From NCBI GenBank assembly GCA_037305845.1, contig CP147778.1:1216001-1280000 (forward strand): a DNA stretch of 64,000 nucleotides, read 5' to 3'. Positions within the stretch are counted from its first letter, which is position 1; every line of letters begins with the position of its first letter. A program made the position numbers and the translations under genes. The stretch is from Candidatus Freyarchaeum deiterrae (lineage in GTDB: Archaea; Asgardarchaeota; Jordiarchaeia; Jordiarchaeales; Jordiarchaeaceae). Positions 60,120-64,000 of the stretch are shown piece after piece. Below the pieces are notes generated by a model. The model was not told the DNA's origin. It did not search any database and saw only the letters and a list, made by a program, of their open reading frames with translations.

Positions 60120-61739
60120 TTATTCCAGTTTTCTCGCTCTCGCTAGGTTCTCCCGTAGGGGTCTTGAGAGTTCTTCTATATATCCTTCCATGGCGCTTAC
60201 AACAGCCACCGCTTGCTTAGCTTTTGGGGATATTGGGGCTAGGAGGATTTCTTCTCTGTCTCGTATCAGTCCGATTAGGTTTTCTGTCTCCGAAATTTTT
60301 ACCGTGATATTGGATCTTGAGGAGAGGTTTTTGAGGATGTTTAGGTTTCCTGTAGCGGATAGATCCACTTTAACTCTTGGATTTATGGAAAAGATTGCTT
60401 CCGCGTCTTTTTCGTCTAGGTTTGGTATAACAAGCAATATGTTTGTCTTGGTGTTCACCATGGATTTTCTAATAAACCCTTTAATGTTGTCCCATCCGGA
60501 GATAACTCCGGTACCCACAACCTCAGAGAAGGCTATGTCCCTAACCTGTTTCAAACTGGAGAGTGATTTTTGTTTGGCGTCTGAAATCTGACTCCCAACC
60601 TCTGTTTTTACAGGTTTAATAGTGTTGTCAACACTCCTAACGATTTCTACTGTTTGCTCCTTTATGGTGTTTGAAACACCTGAGAGAAAGTTCTCCACTC
60701 TTCCCTTAGTATTTGTAACGGTGGCTTTTCTCTTTCCACTTTCCTTAGTCACTTGGTCTTGTATAGTCTTTGAGGCGCTAAGTAAACCTTTAGACGCGTT
60801 ATTGCGTGTGGCATCCAGTGTGGAGCTTATATCGGACTTCGTCTTATCGAAATTATCATTAACATCGCTGGTTGTTCCATCTATAGAGGCGGTTATTTGT
60901 GACTCCAAACTTGTAGAAAAGCTACCAAGACCGGATTCGATGGATTCTCGAAGTTTTGTGATATCTTTATCTGTATTATCAGAGGATGAATCTATAACCT
61001 CATCGGCCTTCGTTTTTGCGTATTCAAACGATTGCGAAACGTTCGATTCTGTCTCACTCAAAGAACCTTCTAACTTTTCCTTCACGGATAACACATGTTT
61101 ATTCAGGGTCTCCAACTGATTAGCCACATCAGAAAGAACGCTATCGATACTATTTCTAGCACGTACAAGCGAATCCTGGGAGGATGAAGAGGAAGCATCA
61201 ATGCTTGAACCTATTTCGTTTTTCAATCCGCTTATACCTGTCTGGAAATTTCTTAAACTCTCATTTAGAGTAGACGAAACTCTTGTGTTTAAATCATTCA
61301 CTCTCTCACCGAGTAGCGTCTGCAAACCGCTTTTAAGCTTTAAATTTTTAGAAGCAAAATTAGTGTTAATGCCATCTAGGTCCTCACCGACTTTTTCATT
61401 TAGCTGCGAAATCGCCGTAGAAAAGTTTTTTTCCTCAGTAGAAAAGCCGCCAGAAATGCTTCCAATAATTGTTTTAAGTACAGATTCATCTGAGGCAAGT
61501 AAATCCTCCAAGTTTTTAATTAACTCTGTTCTATAATTGGAGAACATCCCTATCAAATCGGCAGTGTGCTGCTCAAGGTTCTCTCTGGTCTCTTGATCAA
61601 CCCCCGTTAGCTTATCACTGATAAAGCCTGTTAAATTATCGAGTTGCCCCGAAATTTCCGCAGCGTTCTTATCTAATTTTTTGCTCAATTCGTCTAAACT
61701 TTTTTTTAGAGTCTGCACAACAACAATATCTGACATCAA
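60120..61739 (-). CDS. Long amphipathic-helix/coiled-coil protein with C-terminal TrmB-effector-like domain
   Basis: ~400 aa of helical repeats, then VISGWDNIKGFI...NILLVIP...RDREEILLAP. Confidence 0.7.
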   Translation of the reverse strand: MMSDIVVVQTLKKSLDELSKKLDKNAAEISGQLDNLTGFISDKLTGVDQETRENLEQHTADLIGMFSNYRTELIKNLEDLLASDESVLKTIIGSISGGFSTEEKNFSTAISQLNEKVGEDLDGINTNFASKNLKLKSGLQTLLGERVNDLNTRVSSTLNESLRNFQTGISGLKNEIGSSIDASSSSSQDSLVRARNSIDSVLSDVANQLETLNKHVLSVKEKLEGSLSETESNVSQSFEYAKTKADEVIDSSSDNTDKDITKLRESIESGLGSFSTSLESQITASIDGTTSDVNDNFDKTKSDISSTLDATRNNASKGLLSASKTIQDQVTKESGKRKATVTNTKGRVENFLSGVSNTIKEQTVEIVRSVDNTIKPVKTEVGSQISDAKQKSLSSLKQVRDIAFSEVVGTGVISGWDNIKGFIRKSMVNTKTNILLVIPNLDEKDAEAIFSINPRVKVDLSATGNLNILKNLSSRSNITVKISETENLIGLIRDREEILLAPISPKAKQAVAVVSAMEGYIEELSRPLRENLARARKLE

Positions 61740-61953
61740 ATCCCACCTAAAAAATCTGGGTCGCTTACCCCTTTAAAAAGCCATAATTCTCATCGAAAGA
61801 GAACTAAGCCTAATTATATATTTTGACATCAAAGGTAATAAGCTCATTGGAGTCCACACAGATGAAAGAAGTAATAAATGCTAAAAATAGTTTTAATTTT
61901 TTATACAATTTCTTCAAAAAAACAATTTAATTTTAGACAAATAAATAGTTGTA

Positions 61954-62820
61954 CTAGTTTTTTTTCTCCCAATGAACTAGGTCGATGAAATTCTCCAGTA
62001 GAAAATATCCCAGAACCACCTTCACGAAACCAGGGTTAAGCTTCAATCCTTGAGCAATCTCATTCACGGTTCTTTTTCCATCATTTGCAAAGAGAATCTC
62101 CACTCCCTGAACGCCGTATATCTTTTGGATTTTTTCGAGCTGATAAACCCCCTTCGTAAGAGCCTCCCAGGTCCTCGGAGAAATTTGGTACACATCATTC
62201 TCGCGAACCTTAACCTTGAAGCTGATTAGTCCCTGAATTACTAGGCTCCGAATCTCCTCCAAAATCTCGTTAATACTGTAACCGCTCCTATCAGCAATCT
62301 CCTGCAGGTTAGTCTCTGGATCTTCTTGCAAGACTTTTAAAATAGCCGACATTTTGGGGGTCAACTCAACACTTCTGCTGAGTCTTGTAATAAGCTCCGG
62401 AACATACTGGGGTAAAATGGATTGGGCGGGAAAGGCTCTAAAGACGTCATTTCTAAAATCTTCGAAAAGGCCAAGTTCACCCTTCCATTCTACAATCTTT
62501 GTTGAAAACTTTCCTTCGAACTCCGATACCAGATTCTTGAGCTTCGTCCTCACGTCAGGAGTTTCTGTCTCAGCAATAAGCAAACCGTAAACATTATTCC
62601 CCCGCTCTACCACTAATTTGAAACTGCCGCGATCAATAGTTTTTAGCCACTCATCACCCATCTTGGGTAGGAGCTCCTCAGAAAAAGAAACTATAGCAGA
62701 AATAAAACCAGACAGCCTATCCGGATCCACCTCAACGCCGCTAAACTTTTGGTAATACATGCACTTTCCAGAGTCTCTCTCTATGAGATAAAAAGCGAAA
62801 ATATTAGAATCGTAATTCAT
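61954..62820 (-). CDS. Longin domain protein with two winged-helix domains
   Basis: FYLIERDSGKCMYY..F, DPDRLSGFISAIVSFSEEL longin; NLQEIADRSG and DGKRTVNEIA wHTH. Confidence 0.75.
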   Translation of the reverse strand: MNYDSNIFAFYLIERDSGKCMYYQKFSGVEVDPDRLSGFISAIVSFSEELLPKMGDEWLKTIDRGSFKLVVERGNNVYGLLIAETETPDVRTKLKNLVSEFEGKFSTKIVEWKGELGLFEDFRNDVFRAFPAQSILPQYVPELITRLSRSVELTPKMSAILKVLQEDPETNLQEIADRSGYSINEILEEIRSLVIQGLISFKVKVRENDVYQISPRTWEALTKGVYQLEKIQKIYGVQGVEILFANDGKRTVNEIAQGLKLNPGFVKVVLGYFLLENFIDLVHWEKKN

Positions 62821-63143
62821 ATAAAAACCCCATTAAGAATAATTTTGTGAAATACGCCCCTCGAATCATTTTCCTCCCTGCTTTTTAATGCAGACCTCCT
62901 CAATTCACGGTCTAGTAAGTAAATTTGCAAATATCTATGCTCATAGAACATTTCTCTTGAAAGGGGATAATAAATTTATCGTAATAAACAAATACAGTTT
63001 ATAAATTATGTAAATCAAAAATCAAATCATTATCAATAGTTATAAAACGACCAAAAAGTATAGCTCAAACTGAAAATGTAGCAGAAAATTTGGAAACCAG
63101 ACAAATTGTTCTCCATTAAATTACAAAGGCAATCGGCATCCGC

Positions 63144-64000
63144 TCAGGATTTCGTTTTCTTCACCTGCACGGCCGATTTGTTTCTATTTCTTATCCGTGC
63201 AAGCCTCGCTGAAGGCAAAACCAGCAAAATAATCATACACGCCACCTGATCCAGTACGAAAGCCCAAGCAAAACCCACTGCTTGAAATGTTTTACCTAGC
63301 AACAATATACCCACAATATCAACCACGAGTGCCGAAATGTATGCAATCAAAACAATCCTCGGCCTCTCCTCACTAAGGAGCGTCGATGTCTTTATACTAG
63401 CAATGGTCGCGGGAATCACTGCAATAGCAAGCCATCGTGTTGCGTCAATACTATTAGTAAAGTTGGGGAAGAGCCAATTAATAACAGTGGGACTCAGAAG
63501 AATGCCCAAAACTGTAATCCCAACAGCCAAAAGTAGGCTAATAACTTCCACTTCGCGTCTCGGAGCACCACCCGACTTCTCCGGAAGCAGGTAAGAAAGC
63601 ACACTCGCAGGAATAATCAAAAAAATTAGGAGAAACTGATAAGCCAAATTATACAGCCCCAAAAATAGTAAACCAAAAAAGAAACCAATAACAACTTTAT
63701 CAAGTGAACTATGGGAGGCTTGAGCTAAACCTATTCCCCAAGTGTGAAGAGTAAAAGCCATCTTATCACGAATCTCAGAAAAATGAAAAGACGTCCTCTT
63801 GACACTAAAAAGATCCTTGAAGTAATCATAACTAACAAGGAAAAAGGGAGCGATGTAAGCCACTAACATCAACTTATTGAGACTATCGAATGGAAAGACC
63901 GAAATAGCAGAGAGAAAGTAGAAAATCACCACCAAACCAATCTCTAGAACCCGAACAAATGAATTAATAAGAGCATACTTTTTGTATTCTCTCCTACCCA
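63144..64000 (-). CDS. Polysaccharide flippase (Wzx/MOP family), 5' end outside the window
   Basis: Many TM helices, LDKVVIG...LGLYNLA, LLP; frame continues toward the window end. Confidence 0.8.
   Translation of the reverse strand, partial: GRREYKKYALINSFVRVLEIGLVVIFYFLSAISVFPFDSLNKLMLVAYIAPFFLVSYDYFKDLFSVKRTSFHFSEIRDKMAFTLHTWGIGLAQASHSSLDKVVIGFFFGLLFLGLYNLAYQFLLIFLIIPASVLSYLLPEKSGGAPRREVEVISLLLAVGITVLGILLSPTVINWLFPNFTNSIDATRWLAIAVIPATIASIKTSTLLSEERPRIVLIAYISALVVDIVGILLLGKTFQAVGFAWAFVLDQVACMIILLVLPSARLARIRNRNKSAVQVKKTKS

Overview
Archaeal chromosomal window, most likely from an Asgard archaeon. This is inferred from archaeal TFB/TrmB/TpiA, BHB-intron tRNAs, and several eukaryotic-signature proteins: roadblock, longin/uDENN, Rag-like GTPase, arrestin-like and Urm1-like. 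Most genes are housekeeping or metabolic (tfb, tpiA, argS, asnS, nadA, gcvPA/PB/T, homocitrate synthase, AOR, GGR), plus a solo TnpB element. Five regions stand out. (1) A selenoprotein operon that the ORF track fragments: hdrA with two in-frame UGA codons, mvhD with one, then an frhB-like gene. hdrA and mvhD are each followed by a eukaryote-like SECIS set in a three-way junction, and the second SECIS uses the mvhD stop codon as its core. (2) A minus-strand cluster where a longin/uDENN protein, an F420-binding FrhB enzyme and an arrestin-like protein share the same ~95-aa C-terminal domain and sit around a Rag-like GTPase; four tandem inactive-KaiC/V4R fusions follow. This is a candidate redox-coupled Rag signalling system. 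(3) A polymorphic toxin/immunity-like cassette: full-length precursor, membrane partner, orphan C-terminal variant, second partner. (4) argS flanked by two tRNA-Arg genes with 2 and 3 introns. (5) A thiolase/DUF35/HMG-CoA-synthase-like trio whose synthase lacks its catalytic residues (PhlABC-like). All family calls come from motif recognition by eye; no database searches were run.
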